A stretch of 64,000 bases of DNA from Balanoglossus misakiensis (Eukaryota; Animalia; Hemichordata), in the NCBI GenBank assembly GCA_040954595.2, contig CM082596.2, positions 2,598,999 through 2,662,998 of the forward strand, read 5' to 3'. The notes below the pieces were generated by a model, which did no database searches, had not been told where the DNA came from, and worked only from the letters and a program-made list of their open reading frames with translations. The translations under genes were made by a program, and so were the position numbers. Shown piece after piece: positions 63,496-64,000 of the stretch. Each line of letters starts with the position of its first letter. The stretch's first letter is position 1.

Positions 63496-64000
63496 CTACA
63501 GGCAAAATTCAAATATAAATATACATCTGTGTATATGTTGGCGATAAGTGGTAATAACTTAGGCAGGTAGTACTGATATATGATTATTAAAGCAGTTGTA
63601 AAAAGTGATCGAAAAGTAATCATGTGAGGCATCAGTTTGCTGACTTTAATATAAAAAATTCCATCACGTACCACTATGACGTCATTCGAAAGGTTAAGGT
63701 TAAGTGTTAACTGTCATAACTGGAGGCTTGTTTGAGATGCTGAAGACATCAGTGTAAGAAGGGAAGGTCACAAGGAAACTTATACTTGAAAACTGTCCTC
63801 ACTCCATTAGACAGAGCATATTGTGACCTAAATACGGGTATACGCATGTAGTACGAGTTCAGCTTAATGCGCATGGGAAGGAATCACACTGAGTTGAATT
63901 GAGGCCAAATATTTGCTGAGTAACGGAATCAGGTTGCAGCACTCAATGTACTCTGAGCAATCAAGGGGTTGTACTGAACTGTCAAAGTTTACAGGTCTTT

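Noticed and set aside
63880-63935. In-frame TGA codons as selenocysteine
   Set aside because: They are not at conserved Cys positions and no SECIS is evident; decay or a misplaced exon boundary is simpler.

Overview
Intron-rich animal genomic DNA, probably from a marine invertebrate (the gene content suggests an invertebrate deuterostome, but this cannot be proven from the window). Gene order: a PDIK1L/STK35-like kinase (-) whose DFG motif reads GFA; CCDC61 (+, 14 coding exons, one minor-spliceosome AT-AC intron); OPA3 (+, 2 exons); VPS54 (-, with an N-terminal Cys/His domain); a large NR1-type nuclear receptor (+) with a roughly 20 kb 5' intronic region, an atypical P-box and a long LBD insertion; and the 3' part of a glycine N-acyltransferase-like gene (-). 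Non-coding DNA holds several DNA-transposon derivatives: an internally deleted ISL2EU-like element keeping THAP and SAP N-termini, a TTAA-flanked Kolobok-like element, 8 copies of a ~94-bp piggyBac-like MITE, and Harbinger-, Tc1/pogo- and Academ-like MITEs. It also holds a tRNA-derived SINE, micro- and minisatellites, and a strong excess of the palindrome TACATGTA. No CRISPR array, rRNA or intact tRNA was seen, and I found no clearly new multi-gene system. Exon boundaries and family assignments were read by eye without database searches.
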